Program-made: the position numbers and the translations under genes
The notes under the pieces: model-generated
Told to the model about the DNA's origin: nothing
What the model saw: the letters and a program-made list of their open reading frames with translations, nothing else
Databases searched by the model: none
Source: Minisyncoccia bacterium
Lineage (GTDB): Bacteria > Patescibacteriota > Minisyncoccia > Phycocordibacterales > UBA9973
Length of the DNA: 64,000 nucleotides
Reading direction: 5' to 3'
Assembly: GCA_039809245.1 (NCBI GenBank)
Contig: JBDHUP010000001.1
Location: forward strand, 100,137-164,136
In this document: in pieces, positions 46,739-57,382 of the stretch
Layout: each line of letters begins with the position of its first letter
Numbering within the stretch: position 1 is the stretch's first letter

Positions 46739-49471
46739 TTATCCTTGCTGTCTATACTTATCCATAATCTCGGCTTCGACTTCTTCGCGCTCACGGCCAA
46801 ACTTCAAATATGAAAGCTCTTTAATCTTCTCGACTATCTCTGGTGTCCCTTGTGGTGGTGGAAATGTGGCAATATTGAATGGCTTTGTCGGCTGGCCATT
46901 TATGAGCATCGATATATATGCATTACGATTCTCAATTTTCATAATATCAGCTGCAGAGAATACAGGCTTGAATTTGTTTTCGAGGAATTGCGCATCTTCG
47001 CCACCGACTCGGAACACAGCCATAGAACCAACGTTGCCGAAAACAGCATCTCGAATATTCTCTTCAAGTTGAGCTATATACTGGTGAGCAACAGTTAGAG
47101 ATAAGCGGTACTTACGAGCTTCAGATAGAATAGATTCTATGGAGTCAGTAGTCACGTTTTGGAACTCGTCTATATACAAGAAGAAGTCTTCCATTTTTTT
47201 ACCATACATATCTACACGAGAAAGCGCGGCCATTTGTATCTTGTTTACAATTAAAAGACCTATTAGATTCGCATTTATATCGCCAAGGCGTCCTTTCGAA
47301 AGGTTCACAAGCAAAATCTTTTTATTATCCATGATATCTCGGAAGTTGAACACTGATTTCTCTTGAAGGACCACAGGGCGCATGATGTCATTCGAAATAA
47401 AATTATCGAATTTTGAAGTGATATATGGCACGAAGTTGGCAATAGATTGATCACCTGTTGTTTGCTCTGCACTCCTCCAGAACTGAGTTATTATTGGGTT
47501 CTTACAGTGTGAAAGCTTCATATCACGGAATTCTTTATCCGCAAGAACGCGACCAATCTCAAGTAAAGTTGCTCCAGATTCAGGATGCTCCATCACAAGG
47601 AAAGCTGAGTTTTTGAAATACTGTTCGAACATTGGACCTCCAGATGTCTTCATATCAAAAAGCTTGTTAAAGATATTCATTAATTCGTTAACTACAAAAG
47701 TCTTCTGCTCTGGATACTTTGGATCATACTCAAGCATATTGAGCCCCATAGGTCGCGCTGTGTAAGCCGGATCGAAATAAATAACGTCGTCAATTCGCTC
47801 TTTTGGAATGTAGCTAAGAATATCTTGGATATCTGTACCATGCGGATCAATATAACAAACTCCGTGACCGGCTTTGATATCCTGAGCGATCATATTCTTC
47901 ATAATTGTAGTCTTTCCTGTACCTGTTTGACCTATAACATACAAATGGCGCATTCGATCTTCATCAGCAAAGTGTACTTCGGTATCTTTCCCTCTATAAC
48001 TATTTATACCGAGCTTAATACCTTCTGATCCCATCTCTATTGGAGCAGGGGCTATGCCAGCACGAGCTTGTTTGAGCTGAGGAGAGACGATGCCATATGG
48101 GAAGTGAAAGATTGTAGCAAGCTCTTTGAGATTTAGTGGCATAGAATACTTCTGTGAAAACATACGATATGAGAAATCGTGAACCAGTGCATTCAAGTCA
48201 GAACCTTGTGGGTGATTAAAATTAAAACTATTACGGTGTGATTCAGTGAATTGATTAAAAGAAGATTCAATATCAGCTAGAATCTGATCCGCGCGAGTTT
48301 TGCTTTCCGCCGAAGCAACGATACGAATATTGGCAGCCATTATAGTACTCTTCATTTTCTCTGTAATGCTTTCTATCGCTTTGTCGTTGATCTTTTTCTC
48401 TTCTTTTTCTTTTGATTCACCGAAAATCATGCCTTTTGCTAACTTACCGAACTCTTTACCGAATTGACGAACAACACTAGAAGCTGTTTTAACTGACATT
48501 CCCTCTTTGACATCACCTAATATAGTGTGGAATTTTTTTATTATTTCATCATCCTCTGGACATATTGTGAATTGTATTGAGGCTCCTTCACCAGACTTCT
48601 TAAGTTTAGTGAAAACATTAAGAATTATATTTAGTGGATCGTGGTCTATGGCGTCATATAATTTGATAGGATAGACCTCGTAAGAATCAAGGGTGGCATA
48701 AGAAGCTGAGATGGCTCCCCCTTCGGAGAAAATATTATAATCATCAGGCACTTCGACAATCTTGGCATGAGAATGGACTCCGAGTAACTGTTTCTCAAAT
48801 AGATCAGCTTTATGAGTAGGGACAGCTGTGTAGAATATAAAATGGTCAGTATCTTCTGCTAGAGCAATCTCGAGAGTAAAGTGATTACGGTTATAATTCT
48901 CACGACCTTCACCGACTGAATGCATACCGGCATAGAACTGCTCCATAGCTGAAAGTAACTCCTTTAAACTTTTCTTATTCTTCTCATCATCTTCTGGGTC
49001 AGGTAGAGTGATCTCGAAAAGCTTCATATCTAGAGATTTAAACAGTGGTGTTCCCTCCTTGAGTCCTGGAATCTTATGTGTACTATATAAATACTGGACT
49101 AAGAAACGATGGAAATCATCATCTAGATGGGGATTATTCATCTTACTTATTACAGAAAGAGCGCTAGATATACCTTTACTTAGAAGGACTCCTAGCATTT
49201 CCTCCATTTTATTATCATGTGACTCTGGGTGAAGACGAAGAACAAGCTTTTCTTCTTCTCCTTCTTTCATTACCACATTCTTATGCATTACTTCGTGTGG
49301 TTCAAGCTTTTTGTACTCTTGGATTACATCGTGAGCGAGTGCTTCCTTCGAATATTCTTGACCTTGTTCGCTTAGAGATCTTTCTTTCTCGGCGAGATGC
49401 GCACGTAAAAATTCAAGCTCCTCTTGTGGAGTTTTGAACTTTGGAGCATTGTTTAAATTAAAACCTTCCAT
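46739..49471 (-). CDS. VirD4/TraD/HerA-like P-loop ATPase with long N-terminal domain
   Basis: RHLYVIGQTGTGKT, IDPHG, YIDEFQN, SEARKYRL.L..AHQ. Confidence 0.85.
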   Translation of the reverse strand: MEGFNLNNAPKFKTPQEELEFLRAHLAEKERSLSEQGQEYSKEALAHDVIQEYKKLEPHEVMHKNVVMKEGEEEKLVLRLHPESHDNKMEEMLGVLLSKGISSALSVISKMNNPHLDDDFHRFLVQYLYSTHKIPGLKEGTPLFKSLDMKLFEITLPDPEDDEKNKKSLKELLSAMEQFYAGMHSVGEGRENYNRNHFTLEIALAEDTDHFIFYTAVPTHKADLFEKQLLGVHSHAKIVEVPDDYNIFSEGGAISASYATLDSYEVYPIKLYDAIDHDPLNIILNVFTKLKKSGEGASIQFTICPEDDEIIKKFHTILGDVKEGMSVKTASSVVRQFGKEFGKLAKGMIFGESKEKEEKKINDKAIESITEKMKSTIMAANIRIVASAESKTRADQILADIESSFNQFTESHRNSFNFNHPQGSDLNALVHDFSYRMFSQKYSMPLNLKELATIFHFPYGIVSPQLKQARAGIAPAPIEMGSEGIKLGINSYRGKDTEVHFADEDRMRHLYVIGQTGTGKTTIMKNMIAQDIKAGHGVCYIDPHGTDIQDILSYIPKERIDDVIYFDPAYTARPMGLNMLEYDPKYPEQKTFVVNELMNIFNKLFDMKTSGGPMFEQYFKNSAFLVMEHPESGATLLEIGRVLADKEFRDMKLSHCKNPIITQFWRSAEQTTGDQSIANFVPYITSKFDNFISNDIMRPVVLQEKSVFNFRDIMDNKKILLVNLSKGRLGDINANLIGLLIVNKIQMAALSRVDMYGKKMEDFFLYIDEFQNVTTDSIESILSEARKYRLSLTVAHQYIAQLEENIRDAVFGNVGSMAVFRVGGEDAQFLENKFKPVFSAADIMKIENRNAYISMLINGQPTKPFNIATFPPPQGTPEIVEKIKELSYLKFGREREEVEAEIMDKYRQQG

Positions 49472-49495
49472 TGTATTCATTATATCATAACGAAA

Positions 49496-49597
49496 AAAAC
49501 TACATACTTTTAAATAAGCTCGAGAGCGCGACGGCGCGAACGATTGAGTAAATTTTAAGCTTCAAAATTTACGTGTCATTTAAAAATATGTAGTTTT
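49496..49597. repeat. MITE-like 102-bp element with 20-bp terminal inverted repeats
   Basis: 49496-49515 / 49578-49597 (19/20 match); internal hairpins. Confidence 0.55.
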
Positions 49598-49602
49598 AGA
49601 AC

Positions 49603-50370
49603 CTAAGCGATAGTTAAAATCTCCGCTTCACCTTCTGTTATTAGAACCGTGTGCTCAAAGTGAGCACTGCGAGAACCATCGGCAGTTTTAATAGTGTATC
49701 CATCAGACATACTTATAATCCCAGCTTTACCTATATTGAGCATTGGTTCTATAGCTACTACCATACCAGGAATAAGTTTCTGCCCTTTGCCTTTTTTACC
49801 AAAGTTTGGAATATATGGATCTTCGTGGATTTTCTTCCCTACTCCATGACCAGATAGCTCACGAACGATACCATACTTCTTCCCAACAAACTTCTCTATC
49901 GCATAGCCTATATCTCCTACTGTATTACCGCCTTTCGCTTGCTCTATTCCCACTAGGAGTGCTTCGTGTGTAATCTCGAGGAGCTTTTGTGAATCTTTAT
50001 TTATCTTACCGACTGGGACAGTCATGGCGTGGTCAGTAAATAGGCCTTTGTGCTTTAGTCCGAGATCAATAGAAATAATATCTCCTTCTTTAAGAATTCT
50101 ACTTTCTTTTGGAATACCGTGAACTATCTCGTTATTTACTGACGTACAGAGCGAGGCAGGATAAGCTTTCGGATGGCCTTCAGGTTTATAGTTTAAGAAA
50201 GCTGGCTCATCTCCACCCTCTTTTATGAGTTTATAAGCATAATCATCGAGCTCCTTTGTAGTCACTCCTGGAGCCACTTTCTTCGCCACCTGCGCCAAAA
50301 TAGAAGCAAGCCTATGCCCCCCTTCCCTTATAATCTCTATTTCTTCAGGCGTTTTAATGATAACTGCCAT
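49603..50370 (-). CDS. map: Methionine aminopeptidase type I
   Basis: SVNNEIVHGIP, GDIISID, GHGVG..IHEDP, AIEPM, SAHFEHT. Confidence 0.97.
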   Translation of the reverse strand: MAVIIKTPEEIEIIREGGHRLASILAQVAKKVAPGVTTKELDDYAYKLIKEGGDEPAFLNYKPEGHPKAYPASLCTSVNNEIVHGIPKESRILKEGDIISIDLGLKHKGLFTDHAMTVPVGKINKDSQKLLEITHEALLVGIEQAKGGNTVGDIGYAIEKFVGKKYGIVRELSGHGVGKKIHEDPYIPNFGKKGKGQKLIPGMVVAIEPMLNIGKAGIISMSDGYTIKTADGSRSAHFEHTVLITEGEAEILTIA

Positions 50371-50399
50371 ATAAGGCTTATACTACCAGAACCACCGTT

Positions 50400-52066
50400 T
50401 TATACAACTTCCTGCTGATAGCAGGATTCACAATACAAAATAGGAGCAGTTTCTTTGCTTAAATTAGTAGTTACTTCTTTATTACAATTTGAACACTCTC
50501 TTGTAAAGAATTTGAATTCACCACGACGAGTGAGGCGATCCTTATGGCGACAGAAGAAACATTTACGTGGTAATGGTAAGTACATCTTCTTGTAGAAAAG
50601 TAATTCTTGCTCAGTAATTTTATAATTACGTTCGCAGTCCTTACAAACTAAAATTTCATTTGTAATACTATCTAATACCTCATCTATATGGTCAGGGATT
50701 TGTTCAGGTTTAAGTGTTTCTTTACCTTTTGTCATCTGAATATCATCTTCCCATCGAAAACCTAAAGACAAAGCTTCTTCTTTAGTTAAAGGAAAATTAT
50801 CTTGACCAATTGTTTCATTGTAAGCAAAAGGTGCAATATGTGCTGGCATCATCAGACCATGTACTCCTTTGTCTGTAAGCTCTCTTACAATATGATCTTT
50901 CAGTTTTAAATATTCTTCTTTCGAATACTCTTTATTAAAAATTGAATACTTACCATTTTTAAGAGCATCACAACCAATACATTCTTGGCAGTTCCTAATA
51001 TCAAAAGAATACATAATATCACTTGAATTTTCAGCCCAATATGAGCCAATAATATTACTAGAATAACCTGTAGCTACAACTTCAAGTAGTCGCTCAGATT
51101 TTGTACCATAGCCTATAGTTCCAAGAGAATCTTTTATTTTGTTTTAGATGAAAATAAATAACGACAATCTTCAGCCTTTGCGGCCTCAAAAGAATTAAAA
51201 ACATTTTTGCATTCATTTAAATAATCCCCAATTGAATTTGTTGTTTTTAAATTATTATTTTCCCTTCTTGGCAAAGTTTTACAAAATTCTTTAAACTTTT
51301 CTTTAGCTTCTTCAAATTTTTGATAGCTTCCTTTTATCTCCTTAAGCTTATTTAAATATTCTTCAGAACTTAATTGTTCATTAAACCAACAATGACTCTT
51401 ATTTCTTAAGTTAACACAACCAAAACAATTAGTTAGTCCACTACCATTTAATATGAAATATGAATCCACGCAACCATTAACATTTTGACCCCATATAGTG
51501 CTTGCTGATTCTTGAACGTTAACACACTCATAACAACGTTCAAAACTGACTCCAAAATAAATATCTGATGAATCAAGACCATTTTTAACACCTCGAGAAT
51601 AGAGTAATTCGTCAGCGGGACTTGTATTAAAAACAAGATAGCAATTTTTACAACCACCAGCCATATTTACATATTCACTATTTATATTTTGACCATCTCC
51701 AGTAGAAATACCCAAGTTTATTTTTGGTACTTTTATTAAAAATTCTTTCATTTGATCGAAGAATGGGCGTGATATATCATAATCTATAGAATAATCTTTT
51801 GGGTCCCATTTCTCAGAATAAAAACAATCATAACAATAAATTGTATATGGTGATTTAGGGTTATACATAGACATTACACTTTTTTCGCATAATCCGCATT
51901 TTCTTCCTGAATATAATGTCAGCTCATTACGCCAAACAGCTCTCATCTTAAAACGACATTCGGGGCAAACATGTGGAACAGGAACTTTCATCTTCTTATA
52001 GAAAGAAAAGTCGTCGGATTCGATATTGAAGGAGTTTTTGCAGTTTTGGCAGACACGAGTTTCCAT
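50400..52066 (-). pseudogene. CPR-type Cys-rich (CxxC repeat) protein split by a -1 frameshift near 51136
   Basis: 52066-51134 stops at TAA; the -1 frame (IKDSLGTIGYG...) continues without a stop into ORF 51014-50400. Confidence 0.7.
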
Positions 52067-52089
52067 ATATTGTATTGTACACGAGGAGC

Positions 52090-52776
52090 TTAATGTATCA
52101 CAGTACCCAAGAATTTGTCTCCATTTAAGTAATTTTTAAGATTATCTATATTCTTACCATTCATTATGACTACTTCGAGCTCTAGTTCTTCCGCTTTCTC
52201 TGCGGCTATTGGGTCAAATGGTGCGTTGAGTCCTGGGTTCCATTCTGAAGGAAGAATTTTACGGAAGTCTGCCCATGAAGATTGCTCTATCTTTACTGCA
52301 TCTGGGAACTTTTTCGGATCTTTATCATAAGCATAATCAATATTTGAAAGATTAATCACAACTTTGGCTTTAACGCTATTTGCAGCGTGAACAGCAGCAA
52401 GGTCACTAGAGTTCCCTGGTTTCCAGCCACCACCAAGAATAACACCTTTATCGGTTTGTGGGACAGCATCTGGATCCATCACTATAGAACTATGAGCTAT
52501 ATCACCGAAGCTGACTCGCAAGAGTTCAGCATTGAGTCTAGTAGAAGCAATTCCTATCCAATCTAAATCAATATCATTTGAATCTGATATTTTTTTTAAT
52601 GATTCTATGTAGTTGCGCGCAGTATGTCCGCCACCAGTAATGACGACAAATCTAAAACCTTTATCTATATATTCTTTTATAGTGTTAACAAACTCTTTAA
52701 TGAAAACTACATCTATCTCATTAGGAACAATGAGTGACCCACCAAGTGAGATGATAATGTAATCTTCTTTATTCAT
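52090..52776 (-). CDS. pyrH: UMP kinase, archaeal-type
   Basis: ISLGGSLI, TGGG..AR.Y, D.IGI..TRLNA, PG.SSD, DP. Confidence 0.9.
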   Translation of the reverse strand: MNKEDYIIISLGGSLIVPNEIDVVFIKEFVNTIKEYIDKGFRFVVITGGGHTARNYIESLKKISDSNDIDLDWIGIASTRLNAELLRVSFGDIAHSSIVMDPDAVPQTDKGVILGGGWKPGNSSDLAAVHAANSVKAKVVINLSNIDYAYDKDPKKFPDAVKIEQSSWADFRKILPSEWNPGLNAPFDPIAAEKAEELELEVVIMNGKNIDNLKNYLNGDKFLGTVIH

Positions 52777-52777
52777 A

Positions 52778-53371
52778 CTAGAGGCCCAAAGTCTTAATTA
52801 ATTCATTGTGAACATCTTCTATGCTCTGCTCACCATTTACTGTATATATTGTGTATCCACCTTTATCTTTGAAGTAGAGCATCGCTGGTACGACATTGTT
52901 CACATATTCATCGAAACGCTTTGCTATACCTTCATCTGTATCGTCTGAGCGTCCACGGAGTTTCATTCTTTTAACTGCTTCTTCTTTCTCAACTTTAATA
53001 TAAACTATCTTTATATCTTCTCTTTTATAGAAATCCATCGCAGCTTCAAGAACTTCTGACTGAGTAGTAGTACGTGGAAAACCATCAACTATAAGGTTAG
53101 TCTCCGGTTCAAGTGAAGAGATGAGAATGTTAGTGAAAACTCCAATTGTAAGGAAGTTCGGTTGTAGCCAACCTTGTTCTAGTGTCTCTTTTACAAGTTG
53201 ACCTGTGTAGTTACCACTCTCTACGATCTTCCTGAATTCAGATCCTGGGTAGATAGAGGCAATGTTTAGATTTGAGTTTTTTTCTTTTAAATACTTTTTT
53301 AGTAATTCTATTTGAGTTCCTTTTCCAGAACCAACGATACCAAAGAATATAAATGTTTGTGGTTTTTGCAT
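52778..53371 (-). CDS. adk: Adenylate kinase (short, no LID)
   Basis: GIVGSGKGTQ, DGFPR, GRSDD; downstream of secY. Confidence 0.9.
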   Translation of the reverse strand: MQKPQTFIFFGIVGSGKGTQIELLKKYLKEKNSNLNIASIYPGSEFRKIVESGNYTGQLVKETLEQGWLQPNFLTIGVFTNILISSLEPETNLIVDGFPRTTTQSEVLEAAMDFYKREDIKIVYIKVEKEEAVKRMKLRGRSDDTDEGIAKRFDEYVNNVVPAMLYFKDKGGYTIYTVNGEQSIEDVHNELIKTLGL

Positions 53372-53429
53372 ATGTTTTTATTATATACTAAAAATTTGGG
53401 ATTAAAAAATCCCATAATAATGGGATTTT

Positions 53430-54701
53430 TTAATACTCTCTCATTGATAGTTGAGCTTCAACTTTCTTGATTAGATCAAGAACAACAGAAACAACAATCA
53501 GAAGAGCTGTACCCCCGATAGCGAAAGCTGTAATACCTGTGACTGCTCGAACAATAAGAGGAAGTACAGCAATTAATCCAAGAAATACAGCGCCCATCAT
53601 AGTGATACGATTCAAAATCTTCGCAATGTAATCACGAGTAGCCGGACCTGGACGGATACCTGGGATAAACGCACCGTTTTTCTGAAGATTAGTAGAGAGT
53701 TGGTCAGGATCAAAAGTAACAGCAGTATAGAAATATGTAAACAAAAATACAAAGATAAAGTAGAAGAGTGAATACAACCAAGTATTACCAACGAACCATA
53801 GAAGTCCCTTTGAGATACTTAGTAATATATGATTACTACTAGCGGCAAGGAAGTTACCAATCAGCTGAGGAAATAGCATTATAGAAAGAGCGAAGATTAT
53901 CGGGATAACTCCTGCTTGGTTCACACGTAGTGGTAGATATGTCTGAGTACCACCGGCAACCTTGTCCCCTCTGACTTGCTTAGCATAAGTTACAGGGATT
54001 GGTCTTTCAGCTTCAGAAACAACAACAACACCAGCAACAATAAGAAATCCTACAGCAAGGAAAAGGATATAGACTGGAAGGTTAGACATATCGAAAGTAA
54101 ATAGGAATTGAGAAACTTCCTTTGGAATGTTCGCTACTATACCAGCAAAGATTATAAGTGAGACACCATTACCAATACCGAACTCAGACATTAACTCTCC
54201 GATCCACATTATAAGAATTGAACCAGCTACAACAACTGAAAGGTTAGCAAACATCGCAAATGGTGTTAGGTCTACAAGGATACCTTGACGCTTTAGAACT
54301 ATAAGCAAACTCAAGCCTTGAATAACTGCAAGCGGGATAGTTATCATTCTACTTAGCTGTGTAAACTTCTTGCGTCCAATCTCCCCATCTTCCTGATATA
54401 AAGCTTTAAGTCTTGGAGACATTATAGTTAGAAGTTGCATTATGATTGATGAAGTAATGTATGGACCTACTCCAAGCATAAGAATAGATAAGTGAGATAG
54501 CCCACCACCAGAGAAAAGGTTTAGCACTCCAAGGAACTGATTATTAGCTATAAAAGACTGAAGTTTTACTGAATCGATTCCAGGAATAGGAATGACTGAA
54601 AGTAGTCGGAACACAATAAATGCACCTAACACGAATAAGACACGAAATCTCAGTGCCTTATCGGTGAATATCATTTTTATTTTGTTCCAAACAGTTTCCA
54701 T
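53430..54701 (-). CDS. secY: Preprotein translocase SecY
   Basis: GVGPYITSSII, GIGNGVSLIIFAGI, GAFIPGIRPG, GGTALLIVV. Confidence 0.98.
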   Translation of the reverse strand: METVWNKIKMIFTDKALRFRVLFVLGAFIVFRLLSVIPIPGIDSVKLQSFIANNQFLGVLNLFSGGGLSHLSILMLGVGPYITSSIIMQLLTIMSPRLKALYQEDGEIGRKKFTQLSRMITIPLAVIQGLSLLIVLKRQGILVDLTPFAMFANLSVVVAGSILIMWIGELMSEFGIGNGVSLIIFAGIVANIPKEVSQFLFTFDMSNLPVYILFLAVGFLIVAGVVVVSEAERPIPVTYAKQVRGDKVAGGTQTYLPLRVNQAGVIPIIFALSIMLFPQLIGNFLAASSNHILLSISKGLLWFVGNTWLYSLFYFIFVFLFTYFYTAVTFDPDQLSTNLQKNGAFIPGIRPGPATRDYIAKILNRITMMGAVFLGLIAVLPLIVRAVTGITAFAIGGTALLIVVSVVLDLIKKVEAQLSMREY

Positions 54702-54703
54702 AT

Positions 54704-55132
54704 TTATTTAACGCTCCCTCCTGCTTTTTCGATTTTAGTACGAGCAGAAGCTGAGACTGTACATCCTTCGATAGATAACTTCACATTTATCTCTCCGTTG
54801 CCGAGTATCTTTACACTAGAAGCTGTTCCACCTGATCGTCGGATAAGGTTCTTCTCAAGTAGTGTTTTAGGATTTACAACTGATCCTGAAGCAAAAACGT
54901 TAAGTTCTCCTACATTCACTGGAGTTGCTTTCTCTGTGTGAGAAGCAAATCTATATCCTCGAAGTTTCGGGATCTTCTTTATTATATCACGCATCTGTGG
55001 GCGACGTTTATTACCTGCGCGAGCTGTCTGACCCTTACCTCCACGGCCTGAAGTCTTACCACGAGTACCTCCACGACCTACTTGTCGTGCTTTCTTATTT
55101 GGATGTTCTCTTTTTAGTGTGTTTAATTGCAT
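54704..55132 (-). CDS. rplO: 50S ribosomal protein L15
   Basis: VGRG..RGKTSGRG.KGQ.AR, VKILG.G. Confidence 0.96.
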   Translation of the reverse strand: MQLNTLKREHPNKKARQVGRGGTRGKTSGRGGKGQTARAGNKRRPQMRDIIKKIPKLRGYRFASHTEKATPVNVGELNVFASGSVVNPKTLLEKNLIRRSGGTASSVKILGNGEINVKLSIEGCTVSASARTKIEKAGGSVK

Positions 55133-55138
55133 AAAATA

Positions 55139-55744
55139 TTATTTAACTTCTTCTTTATCTTCAGCTATAGCATCAGTTACTACTGGAGCCACTTTCGGAA
55201 GTGAAGATTTAGCACGAAGCTGATAAAGTGTCGCATATGCTACACGGGCATTGTTAAGTTTATTCTTACTACCTGAGTTAAGCTTAGCTGTAACGTTCTT
55301 TAGTCCTGCAAGAATCAGCATATCGCGAACAGTACTACCAGCTACAAGACCTTTGCCTCGATTAGGCATCATTGTGAGTTTTGAACTTGAGAATTTATCA
55401 GATACTTCATGAGGGATAGACATATCCTTTGTTGTCTTTATCTTGAACATATTCTTCTTTGCTTGGCGAAGAGCCTTTGCAATAGCAAGAGCAGTATCTC
55501 CACCCTTACCTGTTCCAAGTCCAATTGAACCTTTCTTATCACCAATAGCAAGAGCAACAGCAAATGTCATACGGCGTCCTCCAGCAACCACACGAGTCAC
55601 ACGGCGGATAGAAACCATCTTCTGGTCAAATTCTGGCTTTGGTCTCTCGAAGAAAGCACGTGGCTTGCGCTCACCTCCTTCTCTACGTGGACCATTTGAA
55701 GATCTTGTACCTGCTGTATTATGATTTTTCTTTGTTGTATCCAT
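55139..55744 (-). CDS. rpsE: 30S ribosomal protein S5
   Basis: RVTRVVAGGRR..F, G.GLVAG. Confidence 0.96.
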   Translation of the reverse strand: MDTTKKNHNTAGTRSSNGPRREGGERKPRAFFERPKPEFDQKMVSIRRVTRVVAGGRRMTFAVALAIGDKKGSIGLGTGKGGDTALAIAKALRQAKKNMFKIKTTKDMSIPHEVSDKFSSSKLTMMPNRGKGLVAGSTVRDMLILAGLKNVTAKLNSGSKNKLNNARVAYATLYQLRAKSSLPKVAPVVTDAIAEDKEEVK

Positions 55745-55753
55745 ATATTTATA

Positions 55754-56095
55754 TTAAAACTTAAGACCAGCTTCACGAGCTCCATCTGCTAGGGCTTTCA
55801 CACGACCAGTGTATTTAAAACCATTACGATCAAATACGACTGCTTTGATTCCCTTCTCTATAGCAAGTTTTGCAACTGTAGCACCAGTAGCTTGAGCTCT
55901 CTCTGTCTTTGTGCCTTTCTTAGTAGCCATATCAGAAGCAGATACTAATGTAAGTCCTTTTGCATCATCGATAACCTGCGCATAGATAAACTGATTTGAT
56001 CGGAAAACAGAAAGGCGAGGCTGTGTAGAAGTACCGTTTATCTTGTTGCGGATTTTTTTCTTTAATCTTATTCTTTTTTCTAATTTTTTGTTCAT
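55754..56095 (-). CDS. rplR: 50S ribosomal protein L18
   Basis: [22 protein letters not shown]. Confidence 0.97.
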   Translation of the reverse strand: MNKKLEKRIRLKKKIRNKINGTSTQPRLSVFRSNQFIYAQVIDDAKGLTLVSASDMATKKGTKTERAQATGATVAKLAIEKGIKAVVFDRNGFKYTGRVKALADGAREAGLKF

Positions 56096-56112
56096 AATAG
56101 AAATTTAAATAA

Positions 56113-56649
56113 TTATGCAGCCTTCTTACCTTGCTTGCGACGGATAACTTCATCAGAGTATCGGAATCCTTTACCTTTGTATGGTTCTGGTTTCTTCATT
56201 CCACGGACTGAAGCAGTAAATGAGCCAACTAATTCTTTATTCATCCCTGAAACAGTAATAATATTCTTATCAGCAGTGACAGTAAGACCTTCTGGGATTG
56301 GGACTTTCACAGGGTGTGAAAATCCTAATGCAAGGTTTAGAACTGAACCTGCGACATCTGACTTGAATCCAACTCCTTCTAGAATAAGCTTCTTAGTGAA
56401 ACCATTATTTACTCCTTCAATCATATTCTTCACGTGTGAAGCGTATGTGCCCCATAGTGCGTTTACTGTTCTGTCTCCTACTTTATTTGGAGTGAAAGTT
56501 ATCTCACTTCCATTGATATTTATAGTTATATCACCAGGAAAATCGCGAGTAAGTGTACCCTTTGGTCCTTTCACAGAGAAAGTAACACCAGATAGATTTA
56601 CTTCTGTACCTGTGGGAACTATTACTGTTTGTTTTCCTATACGTGACAT
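56113..56649 (-). CDS. rplF: 50S ribosomal protein L6
   Basis: MSRIGK, LGFSHP, PEPYKGKG. Confidence 0.97.
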   Translation of the reverse strand: MSRIGKQTVIVPTGTEVNLSGVTFSVKGPKGTLTRDFPGDITININGSEITFTPNKVGDRTVNALWGTYASHVKNMIEGVNNGFTKKLILEGVGFKSDVAGSVLNLALGFSHPVKVPIPEGLTVTADKNIITVSGMNKELVGSFTASVRGMKKPEPYKGKGFRYSDEVIRRKQGKKAA

Positions 56650-56653
56650 ATAA

Positions 56654-57040
56654 TTACCAAAGTTTAAATAAAACTTCACCGCCGACCATTTCTTTGCGAG
56701 CTTGTTTGTCTGTTAAAATTCCTTTTGGTGTTGTAAGAACCATTAATCCGAAACCATTGCGTGTAGGCTTAATAGCTTTTACTCCTTTGTAGACTCTGCG
56801 TGATGATTTTGAAACGCGTTCTACTCCATTAACTCTAGGTTTACCATCTGCATAAGCAAGGCCAAGTTCAAGAATTGGAAAGCCTTTCTTTGTCTTTTTT
56901 GATACTGAAGTAAGGAATCCTTCTTTTACTAGGCATTCTGCTATAGCAAATTTAATCTTTGAATATGGAACAGTAACAAACTCGTGTTCAGCACGAGAGC
57001 CATTCTTTATCATATTCACCATGTTTGCGATTTGATCCAT
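56654..57040 (-). CDS. rpsH: 30S ribosomal protein S8
   Basis: D.IA.M...I.N, RVSK..RRVY, GGEVL. Confidence 0.96.
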   Translation of the reverse strand: MDQIANMVNMIKNGSRAEHEFVTVPYSKIKFAIAECLVKEGFLTSVSKKTKKGFPILELGLAYADGKPRVNGVERVSKSSRRVYKGVKAIKPTRNGFGLMVLTTPKGILTDKQARKEMVGGEVLFKLW

Positions 57041-57052
57041 ATAGTTTAATTA

Positions 57053-57238
57053 TTACCAACTTGATTTACGAACACCTGGAAGCATACCTTCGTTTGCCAT
57101 TTCACGGAAACAGATACGGCAAAGTCCGAAATCTCTCATATATGCATGACCGCGTCCACAGCGAAAACAACGATTTGTTTCTCGTGTTGAAAATTTTGAT
57201 TTCTTATGATGTCTTGCTAATACTGATGTTTTTGCCAT
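57053..57238 (-). CDS. rpsN: 30S ribosomal protein S14, zinc-binding type
   Basis: RCFRCGR...LCRICFRE...PGV.KSSW. Confidence 0.97.
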   Translation of the reverse strand: MAKTSVLARHHKKSKFSTRETNRCFRCGRGHAYMRDFGLCRICFREMANEGMLPGVRKSSW

Positions 57239-57376
57239 AAATAATGAAAGGGATTTTGTTCCCCTAGTGATTTCGAGATATCTCGTTCTTTTTCTTAAAA
57301 GCTTTGGCCCTTAAGGAGAAGCACGGATCTACGACTCACGTTCCCCTATACTAGCAGATAGGGTTATCTATGTCAA
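57239..57376 (-). promoter_or_regulatory. Internal promoter and structured ~100-nt leader for rpsN-secY
   Basis: TTGACA-17-TAGTAT (57376-57348); leader with hairpin CTTAAGGGC/GCTTTTAAG. Confidence 0.6.
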
Positions 57377-57382
57377 ACTATT

